DNA from: Acidimicrobiia bacterium
GTDB lineage: Bacteria > Actinomycetota > Acidimicrobiia > Acidimicrobiales > Bin134
Assembly: GCA_022825005.1 (NCBI GenBank)
Contig: JAJDYU010000046.1
Coordinates: 18,140 to 82,139 of the forward strand
Direction of reading: 5' to 3'
Length of the DNA: 64,000 bases
Position numbers and translations under genes: made by a program. How positions within the stretch are numbered: position 1 is the first letter of the stretch; the number at the start of each line of letters is the position of its first letter. Shown here piece by piece: positions 9,314-18,707 of the stretch. The notes beneath the pieces are model-generated. The model saw only the letters and a list, made by a program, of their open reading frames with translations, searched no databases and was not told the DNA's origin.

Positions 9314-10177
9314 ATGACTTTGCGGTACGACACCATCTCGTTCCTCTCGGACTACGGGTTGGGCGACGAGTTCGTCGGCGTGGTGAAGTCGGTGATCCGC
9401 TCCATCGCCCCGGAGGTTGCGGTGGTGGACATCACCCACGACGTCGCCCCCCACGATGTACGAGCAGGGGGCTTGGCCTTGGCCCGCAGCGCTCAGTATC
9501 TGGTGCCCGGAGTCGTGCTGGCCGTTGTCGACCCCGGTGTGGGCGGCACTCGGCGAGCGGTGGCGGTGGAGGTGGGCGAGGGAACCTCGGTGCTGGTCGG
9601 CCCCGACAACGGTTTGTTGGCCCCGGCCGTGGCCATGGTGGGAGGGGCCTCTCGGGCGGTGGAGCTCACCGCCGAGAGCTATCACCTCCCTTCTCCCGGT
9701 CCCACCTTTGCCGGGCGCGATGTGTTTGCCCCCACGGCTGCCCACCTGTGTCTGGGCGCCGATCTCGAAGACGTGGGGACCCTGATCCCGGTGCATTCCC
9801 TGGTACCCGGGGTGGTGCCGGTGAGCCGAACCGAGGGCGAGCAGATCCACGCCGAGGTGCTGTGGATAGATCGGTTCGGCAACTTGCAGCTCAATCTGGA
9901 TCCCGCCGAGCTGGAGCCGTTGGGGAGTGCCCTCCGGCTCACTGTCGGCGACATCGGCCGCAACTCTCGTCGGGTCAACAGCTACAGCAGCCTGGAGAGT
10001 GGTGAATTGGGGGTGCTGGTAGACTCCTATGGCTTGGTGGCCATCGCCGTCAACCGGGGATCAGCAGCCATGGAGTTGAGCTGCGTAGAGGGAGACTCCA
10101 TCACCGTTGAATCCGGCGGGCCTGGTCCGGCCACCCCGGTCCAATTGCAATCCAAACGATCGGACGAACTGGCATGA
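9314..10177 (+). CDS. SAM hydroxide adenosyltransferase family protein (DUF62, chlorinase/fluorinase-like)
   Basis: ISFLSDYGLGDEFVGVVKSVI, VVDITHDV, VVDPGVGG, GPDNGLL, DRFGN. Confidence 0.8.
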   Translation: MTLRYDTISFLSDYGLGDEFVGVVKSVIRSIAPEVAVVDITHDVAPHDVRAGGLALARSAQYLVPGVVLAVVDPGVGGTRRAVAVEVGEGTSVLVGPDNGLLAPAVAMVGGASRAVELTAESYHLPSPGPTFAGRDVFAPTAAHLCLGADLEDVGTLIPVHSLVPGVVPVSRTEGEQIHAEVLWIDRFGNLQLNLDPAELEPLGSALRLTVGDIGRNSRRVNSYSSLESGELGVLVDSYGLVAIAVNRGSAAMELSCVEGDSITVESGGPGPATPVQLQSKRSDELA

Positions 10178-10263
10178 GACCAGGAACAACCATCGCCATT
10201 GCCATCTTGTTGTTGGCCATTCTCATCGCGGCGGTCATCCAGCTGTTCGTGCTGGCCCGTTAA
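10174..10263 (+). CDS. 29-aa single-TM micro-protein (not in ORF track)
   Basis: ATG 10174 overlaps the upstream stop (ATGA). Encodes MRPGTTIAIAILLLAILIAAVIQLFVLAR, ending TAA 10261-10263, 6 nt before the next gene. Confidence 0.45.
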   Translation: MRPGTTIAIAILLLAILIAAVIQLFVLAR

Positions 10264-10269
10264 TCGGCC

Positions 10270-10899
10270 ATGCCCATCGATGAGGTCCTTTATCCGGTGA
10301 ACTTGCGGGTTCGCGGCCACCGCTGCCTGGTGGTGGGAGGAGGACAGGTGGCATTGAACAAGGTCGATGGGTTGCTCGAAGCCGGGGCTGTAGTCGACGT
10401 GATCGCCCCAGACGCGGTTCCCGAACTGGACGACCGTCCCGGCGTCACCGTTTATCGCCGTCCCTACCGTTCGGGCGATGTCGAGGGCTACCGGCTGGCG
10501 GTGGCGGCCACTGGTTCGGCGGGGGTCAATGCTGAGGTCTACCGCGACGGCGAGGCAGTCGGGGTCTGGGTGAACAGCGCCGACGACCCTGACAATTGCT
10601 CGTTCACCCTGCCCAGCAAATTGCGTCGAGGGCCGCTAATGATCACCTGCTCCACGGGGGGTCATAGTCCGGCGTTGTCACGATGGTTGCGCCAGCGCCT
10701 GGAAGCAGAGATCGGCCCCGAATACGAGACCCTGTTATGCCTGCTCAGCGAAGCGCGAGAACGGATTCGAGCCGCAGGGATGCACACCGAGGACCGGGCT
10801 TGGCAAGATGTACTGGATTCGGGAATGCTGGAGTTGATCCGCTCCGGTGAAACCGGACGGGCAAAAGCGATGATCGACCAACTGGTCGACAACCCTTGA
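10270..10899 (+). CDS. precorrin-2 dehydrogenase / sirohydrochlorin ferrochelatase (SirC/Met8, CysG N-domain-like)
   Basis: LVVGGGQVALNKV (NAD fold), AATGSAGVNAEV, NSADDPDNCSFTLPS, STGGHSPALSRWLRQRLE. Confidence 0.8.
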   Translation: MPIDEVLYPVNLRVRGHRCLVVGGGQVALNKVDGLLEAGAVVDVIAPDAVPELDDRPGVTVYRRPYRSGDVEGYRLAVAATGSAGVNAEVYRDGEAVGVWVNSADDPDNCSFTLPSKLRRGPLMITCSTGGHSPALSRWLRQRLEAEIGPEYETLLCLLSEARERIRAAGMHTEDRAWQDVLDSGMLELIRSGETGRAKAMIDQLVDNP

Positions 10900-10906
10900 T
10901 GAACCA

Positions 10907-12157
10907 GTGTCAGTACTTGCGATAGGCCTCAACCACCGGTCGGCACCGCTCGGCCTTTTGGAGCGGATGACCATCGATGAGTCCAACCTGCCCAAAGCGC
11001 TGACCGACCTGATCGGTCGAGAGCATGTTTCTGAGGCAGTGGTGCTGTCCACCTGCAATCGCATCGAGGTCTACGTCTTTGCCGAGACCTTCCACGGGGC
11101 GTTTCAGAATGTGCGGGATTTCCTCTCCGAGAGCGCCCACGTGGCCCCTGAACAGTTTGGCGATGCGCTCTATGCCCACTATGAGGCCGACGCCGTGTCG
11201 CACCTTTTCTCGGTGGCCTGCGGCCTGGACTCAGCCGTGCTCGGCGAGAACGAGATCCAAGGGCAGGTCAAGAGCGCGTGGGAGACCGCTCGGTTGGAAG
11301 GCACCTGCGGCTCGTCGCTGAACAACCTTTTCCGCCATGCCACGGAAGTGGGCAAGCGGGCCCGTACCGAGACCGGCATATCCCGTCATATCACCTCGGT
11401 CTCCCAGGCGGCGGTGGCCTTGGCCACCGAGCGGCTGGGCGGTTTGGCCGGCCGCCGTCTGATGGTGCTGGGTGCCGGAGACATGGGTGAAGGCATGGCG
11501 GCCAGCCTGGCCAAGAGCGAGGCGACCGAAGTCGTGGTGGCCAATCGCACCACCGGTCGAGGCGAGGAATTGGCGCAGCGGATCGGAGGCCGAGCAGTGG
11601 GCCTCCACGAGATGTCCGCCGAGCTGGCGGTAGTGGACGTATTGCTCACATCCACCGGTGCCTCGTCGATGATTCTGGAGCATTGCGACGTGGCCGAGAT
11701 CATGGCCGAGCGGGCCAACCGCCCGCTTTTGATCGTGGACGTGGCGGTGCCCCGCGATGTGGATCCCGCGGCGGGCGACCTGGACGGGGTGACCCTGCTG
11801 GACATGGACGACCTGAGGGCCTTCGCCGATCGAGGATTGCGAGAGCGCCGCGCCGAGTTGGACCGGGTGCGGGGCATCATCGACGACGAGCTGAACCGCT
11901 ATCTAGACCACAGCTCGGCTCGCGAGGCGGCCCCCTTGATCGCCGCTTTCCGGACTCGGGCGGAGATTCTGCGCAAAGAGGAACTGGACCGCCATTTGAG
12001 CGGGCTGTCCCCGGCCGAGAGGGAAGCAGTGGAAGCGGCCACTCGGGGTTTGGTGGGCAAGCTCCTGCACGAGCCCACCGTCAGGCTGAAAGACGCGGCC
12101 GGATCACCGCGGGGCGACCGTCTGGCCGAAGCGCTCCGGGACCTCTTCGATCTCTAG
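10907..12157 (+). CDS. hemA: glutamyl-tRNA reductase
   Basis: GLNHRSAPLGLLE, LSTCNRIEVY, GENEIQGQVK, VLGAGDMGE. 416 aa. GTG start. Confidence 0.93.
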   Translation: MSVLAIGLNHRSAPLGLLERMTIDESNLPKALTDLIGREHVSEAVVLSTCNRIEVYVFAETFHGAFQNVRDFLSESAHVAPEQFGDALYAHYEADAVSHLFSVACGLDSAVLGENEIQGQVKSAWETARLEGTCGSSLNNLFRHATEVGKRARTETGISRHITSVSQAAVALATERLGGLAGRRLMVLGAGDMGEGMAASLAKSEATEVVVANRTTGRGEELAQRIGGRAVGLHEMSAELAVVDVLLTSTGASSMILEHCDVAEIMAERANRPLLIVDVAVPRDVDPAAGDLDGVTLLDMDDLRAFADRGLRERRAELDRVRGIIDDELNRYLDHSSAREAAPLIAAFRTRAEILRKEELDRHLSGLSPAEREAVEAATRGLVGKLLHEPTVRLKDAAGSPRGDRLAEALRDLFDL

Positions 12158-12167
12158 GGACATCCCC

Positions 12168-13028
12168 ATGCTGCGCGCCGCCACCCGAGGCAGCGCCTTG
12201 GCCCGCTGGCAGACCGCCCACATTGCTGAACTGTTGGGCCGCGCCGCCGATGTCCAACCGGTTTTGGTAACCACCACCGGCGACCAGTTGGCCGACGAGC
12301 CCATCTCGGCCATCGGCGGCAAAGGGGTATTCGTCAAAGAAGTGCAGGCCGCGGTGCTCGACGGCCGGGCCGACATCGCCGTCCACTCGGCCAAGGACCT
12401 GCCGGCGGCCACTCCCGACGGGCTGGTGATCGCCGCCGTGCCTCACCGGGCCGATCCCCGAGATGCGCTGGTGGGTTGCCGCTTGTCCGATCTTCCCGAA
12501 GGCGGGTTGGTGGCCACCGGCGCAGCCCGTCGCCGGATCCAGCTTCGGGAGATGCGCCCCAATCTGCGGTTCGCCGAACTGCGGGGCAACATCGGCACTC
12601 GGCTGGCCAAAGCGGCCGATTACGACGCCATAGTCATGGCCCAGGCCGCATTGGATCGCTTGGGCGAGCGTCCTCCGGTGGTCGAAGTACTGGGCTGCGA
12701 CCTCATGGTGCCCCAAGTGGGCCAAGGCGCCCTGGCGGTGGAGTGCCGAGCCGATGATGGCCGGGTGCGCGAATTGCTAGGCGCCATCGAAGACCCCACC
12801 GCCCGCTGGGCGGTCGACGCCGAGCGGGCCTTTCTGTCCACCCTGGGCGGCGACTGCACGCTGCCTGCCGGCGCCCACGCCCACGTCGAGGGTTCCACGC
12901 TGGCCATGCGGGCAGTGCTGGCCGACGGCCTCGACGGCCGGTGCCACACCGTGGCGGGTGAAGGAGAAGACGGGGAGGCTCTGGGACGGCGCTTGGCCCG
13001 CCAGTTGCTAGAGGCGGTGGCCTCATGA
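12168..13028 (+). CDS. hemC: hydroxymethylbilane synthase (porphobilinogen deaminase)
   Basis: LRAATRGSALARWQT, GGKGVFVKE, DIAVHSAKDLP, RGNIGTRL, ERAFLSTLGGDCTLP. Confidence 0.92.
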   Translation: MLRAATRGSALARWQTAHIAELLGRAADVQPVLVTTTGDQLADEPISAIGGKGVFVKEVQAAVLDGRADIAVHSAKDLPAATPDGLVIAAVPHRADPRDALVGCRLSDLPEGGLVATGAARRRIQLREMRPNLRFAELRGNIGTRLAKAADYDAIVMAQAALDRLGERPPVVEVLGCDLMVPQVGQGALAVECRADDGRVRELLGAIEDPTARWAVDAERAFLSTLGGDCTLPAGAHAHVEGSTLAMRAVLADGLDGRCHTVAGEGEDGEALGRRLARQLLEAVAS

Positions 13029-13070
13029 CCGTCTACTTGAAGCCGGCTTGGGTGGCCTCATGACCGTCTA
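13016..13070 (+). repeat. 20-bp perfect direct repeat (ggtggcctcatgaccgtcta), period 35, duplicating the hemC-stop/cobA-start ATGA junction
   Basis: Copies at 13016-13035 and 13051-13070, read directly from the sequence. Confidence 0.9.
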
Positions 13071-14523
13071 TCTGGTGGGCGCGGGGCCGGGCGACCCAGC
13101 CCTATTGACCCTGCGAGCGGCAGAGGTGCTGGCCACCGCCGATGTGGTGGTTTACGACCGGCTGTCGGTGGCGTCCCTGCTCGATTTGGCCCCGGCCGAC
13201 GCCGAGCGCATCTCGGTGGGCAAACAGCCCGGCGGGCCCCGCACCTCCCAAGAAGACATCAACGCCCTGCTGGTGGCCCGAGGCCGGGCCGGACAGCAGG
13301 TGGTGCGCCTCAAGGGCGGCGATCCCTTCGTGTTCGCCCGGGGAGGCGAGGAGGCCGCCGCGCTGGCCGCCGCCGGAGTGGCCTTCGAGGTGGTCCCTGG
13401 AATCACCTCGGCGGTGGCCGTTCCGGCCTACGCCGGGATCCCCGTGACCATGCGGTATTCCTCCACCTCTTTCACCGTGGTCACCGGCCACGAGGACCCG
13501 GCCAAAGGAGAGGGATCGGTCAACTGGGAAGCGGTCGCCGCTTTGGGAGGCACGGTGGTGGTGCTCATGGGTGCGGCCCGCTGCCGCGCCATCTGCGACC
13601 GGATCATCGCCGGGGGCATGGACCCCGACACCCCAGCGGCCGCCGTGCGGTGGGGCACCCGCCCCAACCAACGCACGTTGCGGGCCACCCTGGCCACCCT
13701 GGCCGACCTCGATCCCCAACCCCCGGCCACCATCGTCATCGGCGAGGTGGCTGCCGCTGATCTGGCCTGGTTTGAGAACCGGCCCCTGTTCGGCCGCCGC
13801 ATCGTGGTGACGCGGGCGCAGCCCCAAGCCGCCGCGCTGGCCGCCGATCTCCGCCGCCGGGGAGCAGAGGCCACCGAGTTGCCCGTCATCGCCTTTGAGC
13901 CCCCTGAGGATGTCGACCGCCTGGCCCGGGCCGCAGACGAGGTCGGCCAGTACGACTGGGTGGTGCTCACTTCGCCCACTGGAGTGGCCTGGTTCTTCGA
14001 GCAGTTGCGGGACGCTCGCAGCCTCGGGGGTGTGCGGGTGGCCGCCATCGGCCCCGGCACCGCCGCCGCGCTGGCCGAACGCAACGTGGTGGCCGACCTG
14101 GTCCCTGAGCAGTACGTGGCCGAATCCCTTCTGGAAGCCCTATCTGATGAGGTGGGACCCGACGGGCCGGGCCGGGTGCTCATCCCCCGGGCCCAGGCGG
14201 CCCGCGACGTGCTGCCCGATGGCTTGGCCGCCGCCGGCTGGGAGGTGGATGTGGTAGCCGCCTATTGCACCGTGGCACCGGCCGCCGACCCCGACGCGGC
14301 AGCCTTGCTGGCCAACGCCGAGGTCATCACCTTCACGTCGTCGTCCACCGTCACCAACTTCGTGGATGCCTACGGCGCCGACGCGGTGCCCGAGGTGGTG
14401 GCCACCATCGGCCCCATCACCACCGCCACCGCCCGAGACCGAGGCTTGGAGGTGGCGGTAGAGGCCGCCGAGCACACCATCGACGGCCTGATCGCCGCCC
14501 TCGAGGACTTCTTCACCCGCTGA
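13060..14523 (+). CDS. bifunctional uroporphyrinogen-III C-methyltransferase / uroporphyrinogen-III synthase
   Basis: N-domain MTVYLVGAGPGDPALLTLRA...VVRLKGGDPFVFARGGEE (CobA/SUMT). C-domain from RRIVVTRAQPQAAALA (HemD). ORF is open from TTG 13048. ATG 13060 gives the typical MTVYLVGAGPGD start. Confidence 0.88.
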   Translation: MTVYLVGAGPGDPALLTLRAAEVLATADVVVYDRLSVASLLDLAPADAERISVGKQPGGPRTSQEDINALLVARGRAGQQVVRLKGGDPFVFARGGEEAAALAAAGVAFEVVPGITSAVAVPAYAGIPVTMRYSSTSFTVVTGHEDPAKGEGSVNWEAVAALGGTVVVLMGAARCRAICDRIIAGGMDPDTPAAAVRWGTRPNQRTLRATLATLADLDPQPPATIVIGEVAAADLAWFENRPLFGRRIVVTRAQPQAAALAADLRRRGAEATELPVIAFEPPEDVDRLARAADEVGQYDWVVLTSPTGVAWFFEQLRDARSLGGVRVAAIGPGTAAALAERNVVADLVPEQYVAESLLEALSDEVGPDGPGRVLIPRAQAARDVLPDGLAAAGWEVDVVAAYCTVAPAADPDAAALLANAEVITFTSSSTVTNFVDAYGADAVPEVVATIGPITTATARDRGLEVAVEAAEHTIDGLIAALEDFFTR

Positions 14524-14579
14524 GGCCCACCGGGTTCTCGCTGCCGAAATGGGAGAACTCAAACTCTAGGATCGCAGGC

Positions 14580-15833
14580 ATGGTCACCAACCGGGGGTTG
14601 TTCGAGCGGGCGCAGCGGGTGATACCCGGAGGAGTTAACTCTCCGGTGCGCTCGTTTCGCTCGGTGGGGGGCACCCCGTACTTTGTGGCCCGAGCCGAGG
14701 GGCCATACGTGTGGGACGTGGAGGGGCGCCGCTACATCGACTACGTGCAGAGCTATGGCCCCGGCATATTGGGCCATGCCCACCCCGCGGTGACCGAGGC
14801 GGTGGCCAAGGCCGCGGCCGACGGCACCAGCTATGGAGCGCCCACCGAGCGCGAGGTGCTGCTGGCCGAGGTGCTCTGCGACCGCGTGCCCGGAATGGAT
14901 TGGACCCGGCTCACGTCCAGCGGCACCGAGGCGGCCATGGCCGCCATCCGGCTGGCCCGGGGCGCCACCGGCCGCACCAAGATCATCAAGTTCGCCGGCT
15001 GCTACCACGGCCACAGCGATGCCCTCCTGGCCGCCGGCGGCAGCGGAGTGGCCAACCAGGGACTGGCCGACTCGGCCGGCGTCACCCCCGGAGCGGTGGC
15101 CGACACCGTGGTGGCCCCCTACAACCAGGTTCCCGAAGTGAACCACGATGTGGCCGCAGTGGTGGTGGAGCCGGTGGCGGCCAACATGGGGGTTGTGGCC
15201 CCGGTTCCCGGTTTCCTGGAGGGGCTGCGAACAGCCTGCGACCAAGCTGGGGCCCTGCTGGTGTTCGACGAGGTCATCACCGGATTCCGCATGGCCCCCG
15301 GCGGGGCCACCGAGTGGTTCGGGGTGACCCCCGACCTGTGGTGCTTCGGCAAGGTGGTGGGCGGCGGCCTGCCCATCGGCGTGTTCGGCGGGCGAGCCGA
15401 TCTCATGGACCACCTCGCCCCCCTGGGCGGCGTGTACCAGGCCGGAACCCTCTCGGGGAACCCCTTGGCCACTGCCGCCGGTTTGGCCACCCTGGAACAG
15501 CTCACCCCCGACGCCTACCGCACCCTCACCGACACCGCGGCCCGCCTGGCCGACGGCATGACCAAAGCAGCCAACGCCGCCGGCACCTCATGCACTGTGC
15601 CCCGGGTGGGGTCGCTGCTCGGGGTGTTCTTCTGCGATGAAGCTCCAGCCGACTTCGACCAAGCCAAAGCCGCCGCGGAAAACGGTGTCTACCCCCGGGT
15701 GTTCCACGCCCTCCTCGAGTCCGGCGTGGCCTTCGCCCCCGGCCCTTACGAAGCCCTGTTCCCCAGCCTGGCCCACTCCGACGACCACATCGACACCACG
15801 GTGGAGGCCTTCGCCGCGGCGCTGGGAACCTAG
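14580..15833 (+). CDS. hemL: glutamate-1-semialdehyde 2,1-aminomutase
   Basis: FERAQRVIPGGVNSPVRSF, DYVQSYGP, LVFDEVITGFR, FGKVVGGGLPIG (PLP lysine). The ORF-track entry 14265.. is an out-of-gene extension that overlaps cobA-hemD. Confidence 0.92.
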   Translation: MVTNRGLFERAQRVIPGGVNSPVRSFRSVGGTPYFVARAEGPYVWDVEGRRYIDYVQSYGPGILGHAHPAVTEAVAKAAADGTSYGAPTEREVLLAEVLCDRVPGMDWTRLTSSGTEAAMAAIRLARGATGRTKIIKFAGCYHGHSDALLAAGGSGVANQGLADSAGVTPGAVADTVVAPYNQVPEVNHDVAAVVVEPVAANMGVVAPVPGFLEGLRTACDQAGALLVFDEVITGFRMAPGGATEWFGVTPDLWCFGKVVGGGLPIGVFGGRADLMDHLAPLGGVYQAGTLSGNPLATAAGLATLEQLTPDAYRTLTDTAARLADGMTKAANAAGTSCTVPRVGSLLGVFFCDEAPADFDQAKAAAENGVYPRVFHALLESGVAFAPGPYEALFPSLAHSDDHIDTTVEAFAAALGT

Positions 15834-15852
15834 AAGCCTGAGGCTCTCCCCC

Positions 15853-17106
15853 TCACGGCGAAGCGGCCATGGTGGCCCGGGCGGCTGCCTTGTAGATGTA
15901 CTCGGCCGGTCCGGGGTCGTCGGGGTCCATGAGGTTGGCCATGATCCGCAGGGCCCATTCCATGGCCGGGCGAGACTGCATGCCGATCCTGGTGAGCTCC
16001 CTCAGCAGCGCGGGCTTGCCGATCAGCCGGGCGAAAATCCGGGCCACCCGGAAATAGGCCCCGTAGTTCTCCTCCAGCAGGTTCGGGTATTGCCAGATCA
16101 CCCCGCCGTCGCCAGTGGCAATGGCCTCGGCCACCAGGTCGGCGGCCATCTTCCCGGTCTCGTAGGCGTAGTCGATGCCCTCTCCGTTGAACGGATTCAC
16201 CGAGCCGGCCGCGTCTCCCACCACCAGGTAGTTCGGCCCCACCTTGGGGTGCACCGATCCGGCCATGGGCAGGCGCCCTCCCACCGGCTCCATGAGCGGC
16301 CGGTCGGGATCGATCTCCCAGTAGGCGGGCAGGGTGGCCGCAAACTCCCGCATCAGATGCGAGGTGTTCACCGAGGTGTAGTCGCGGAAGGTGGACAACA
16401 GCCCCACGCCCACGTTCACGCAGCCGTCGCCCAGCGGAAAGATCCAGCCGTAGCCGGGCAGCGAGTTCCCGTTGCGGTCCCGCATGTCCAGCGCGCTCTC
16501 GATCCACGGCGTGTCGTGCAGCGGGCTCTCGAAGTAGGTGCGGATGGCCATCCCCTGGGGGTAGGCCCGGTCTCGGGCGGTTCCCAGAGCCCGGCCGAAC
16601 CGGGAGTTGGCCCCGTCGGCCACCGCCACATAGCGGGCCCGGATCTGGCTGGTGCGCCCGGTGGTCTTGTTCACCACCTCGGCCCCGTCGAGCAGCCCGT
16701 TGACCAGAATCGGCTGGGTGGCCTCGGTGGCCAGCAGCATCTCAGCGCCGGCGGCCACCGCGTGGTCGGCCACCATCTGGTCGAGTTCCCGGCGTCGCAC
16801 CACATAGCCGTAGTCGGGAAACTCCGGGTGCAGGGGCCAGTCCAGTTCCATGGTGCGCTTGTGGGCCACTGCCCGCAGGCCCCGGTAGCGGTGGTAGCGG
16901 GAGAGACGGTCTTCCAAGCCCATGTCGCAAAGCGACTTGACCGCCCGAGGGGTCAGCCCGTCGCCGCACGTCTTGTCGCGGGGGAACTCCTTGCGCTCAA
17001 CCACCACCACGTCGAGGCCGTGGCGGGCAGCCCAGTAGGCGGTGGCTGCTCCCGCCGGACCTCCGCCGACCACCAGCAGGTCGAGGCGAGGCGTCATCGA
17101 CAACAT
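15853..17106 (-). CDS. geranylgeranyl reductase family FAD oxidoreductase (MenJ-like menaquinone side-chain reductase candidate)
   Basis: LLVVGGGPAGAATA, RDKTCGDGLTPRAV, GDAAGSVNPFNGEGIDYA. 417 aa. Confidence 0.8.
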   Translation of the reverse strand: MLSMTPRLDLLVVGGGPAGAATAYWAARHGLDVVVVERKEFPRDKTCGDGLTPRAVKSLCDMGLEDRLSRYHRYRGLRAVAHKRTMELDWPLHPEFPDYGYVVRRRELDQMVADHAVAAGAEMLLATEATQPILVNGLLDGAEVVNKTTGRTSQIRARYVAVADGANSRFGRALGTARDRAYPQGMAIRTYFESPLHDTPWIESALDMRDRNGNSLPGYGWIFPLGDGCVNVGVGLLSTFRDYTSVNTSHLMREFAATLPAYWEIDPDRPLMEPVGGRLPMAGSVHPKVGPNYLVVGDAAGSVNPFNGEGIDYAYETGKMAADLVAEAIATGDGGVIWQYPNLLEENYGAYFRVARIFARLIGKPALLRELTRIGMQSRPAMEWALRIMANLMDPDDPGPAEYIYKAAARATMAASP

Positions 17107-17145
17107 TCGCGGTTGATCACGCTGCCATCTTGGCTCGCGAGGGGA

Positions 17146-17922
17146 TCAGCCCGCTCCGATCCCGGCGCTCGCCATCAGCCCGTTCAACGTGCTAGGGAAG
17201 GTCCCTCCGATGTCGAACCGATTGGGCAGCACTGCCTCGGCCTCAAACAGCTCTTCAAGGTCGTGCAGATCGGCTTCGGCGGCCCCGCCCAGCTCGACTC
17301 GCTCGAAATAGGTCACGGCCAAGATCTCCCGAGCGGAGAGCTTGTCGCCGTTGGAGGGCATGCCTGCGGTGGAGACATCGCCTTCGTCGTTGTACACCTG
17401 TCCGGCGGGGGGAGAGCCGTTGACCACCCAGATCACGTGGTTGCGCCAGTCGACGAAGGAGTTGAGGACTTGGCCGTCGACCATTGCCGGGCCGATCCCG
17501 CCGCCGCCGTCGGCCCCGTGGCAGCCGGCGCACCCGCCGTTGCCTTCGTAGACCTCCCGGCCCAGGGCGATGATCTCGCTGTCATGCTCCGGCGACTCCA
17601 GCGTGCCCGCGAAGATGATGGCCCAAAACGGCAGAAAGATGAGCACCGGCACGGCCCACACTGGGATCTTCTTGCGGGTGAGTGCGGCGTGCACCCACGG
17701 CTTGACCGGTTCGGGCTGGGGTTCGGGCTCGGGTTCCAGGTCGGGAAGCTCGGGTAAAGAGGGCCCCGTGGCGGCCGCCGGAGCCTCAGCCTGAGCCACC
17801 GCAGGAGCGGCGCTGGTCTCCGATGGCGGAACCTCCGCGGCCGGCTCGTCGCCCGTGGTCGCGCCGAGATCACGGCGACGATCTGCCGATCGTTGCAGCA
17901 GATGCTCGGGTACTTCTACCAA
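17146..17922 (-). CDS. membrane-anchored monohaem c-type cytochrome
   Basis: TTG start preceded by GGAGGA. Cytoplasmic N-tail (M)VEVPEHLLQRS, P/E-rich linker, TM helix IPVWAVPVLIFLPFWAIIFAG, haem motif CAGCH, candidate Met ligand in TAGMPS. Confidence 0.8.
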   Translation of the reverse strand: MVEVPEHLLQRSADRRRDLGATTGDEPAAEVPPSETSAAPAVAQAEAPAAATGPSLPELPDLEPEPEPQPEPVKPWVHAALTRKKIPVWAVPVLIFLPFWAIIFAGTLESPEHDSEIIALGREVYEGNGGCAGCHGADGGGGIGPAMVDGQVLNSFVDWRNHVIWVVNGSPPAGQVYNDEGDVSTAGMPSNGDKLSAREILAVTYFERVELGGAAEADLHDLEELFEAEAVLPNRFDIGGTFPSTLNGLMASAGIGAG

Positions 17923-18017
17923 CGCTCCTCCGGTATGACTCTGGGCCGGATCAGCCTCCGGCCCCGTGCCACAATACGCTCGCTTGACGCTAGCGGCCTA
18001 ACCATTGCCGGCAGTGG

Positions 18018-18033
18018 TTTTGGTCGGCCAAAA
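18018..18033. promoter_or_regulatory. near-perfect 16-bp palindrome TTTTGGTCGGCCAAAA in a divergent promoter region
   Basis: Read directly. Arms TTTTGG/CCAAAA. Lies between the cytochrome c gene (minus strand) and the bc-type operon (plus strand). Confidence 0.35.
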
Positions 18034-18122
18034 CGGGGGGTGAGGAGGGGGCACTTTGATGTGTAGAAGTGCAGGGTGGGGCTACTACTATCAATCGCGA
18101 CCGCACCCATAAAGGGAGGACC

Positions 18123-18707
18123 GTGGCCGCGCAAAGGCCCATAGACATCGCCGTCACCAATTTCTACAAGGCCCTCGGAGGATGCTTCGTCCTCTACTTG
18201 GCCCTGTGGGCCTTCATCGCCGTCCACCAGTACGACGAAGGCTTGGGGGCGCCGTACTTCAACGTGGCCCTCACCGCCTCCTTGGTGGTCACCGTGCTGG
18301 GCATCGTTGCCTTCCTGGAGTACGCCCGTCGCCGGCCGGTGGGCAAGTACCACACCTGGGGCGAGGCCATGTTCGGCGCCGCATTGGTCTTCTTCCTGCT
18401 GTTCTGGATCTATGGCGTGGTGCCCCACCAGTGGCTGGTGTACGCCGACAGCGAGCTGGGCTGGCGCAAGGACCGCTTGGTTGAGGGTTACTACGTGGGC
18501 AACCAGGGCATCATCTCCTGGGCGCTGCCCTTCGACCTGCCCTATTTGGTATTGCGCGATGTGGTGGCGGTGTTGATCTACGGTTTGGCGTTGGCCGGGA
18601 ACATTGCCGGCTGGATGGTATGGCAGAACCGGGGCAAGACCGCTCCGGTCGAGGTGGAGAAGTCCGAGTATGGACGACCGATCGTGAGAGAGGGGGCGAC
18701 AAGCTAA
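18123..18707 (+). CDS. 4-TM membrane protein of unknown function (first gene of the bc-type operon)
   Basis: SD AAGGGAGGA lies 4 nt before GTG 18123 (ORF open from 18069). Four hydrophobic helices. Stop overlaps the next ATG (TAATG). No family recognised. Confidence 0.65.
   Translation: MAAQRPIDIAVTNFYKALGGCFVLYLALWAFIAVHQYDEGLGAPYFNVALTASLVVTVLGIVAFLEYARRRPVGKYHTWGEAMFGAALVFFLLFWIYGVVPHQWLVYADSELGWRKDRLVEGYYVGNQGIISWALPFDLPYLVLRDVVAVLIYGLALAGNIAGWMVWQNRGKTAPVEVEKSEYGRPIVREGATS

Noticed and set aside
14265-14579. N-terminal extensions of track ORFs for hemL (14265..), nuoE (25627..), nuoG (28619..), dtd (49810..), the ferredoxin-like gene (18620..) and thiS (..60925).
   Set aside because: The extensions overlap the preceding gene in another frame and lack homology-like sequence. 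Internal starts at stop/start overlaps or after SD sequences give family-typical N-termini.
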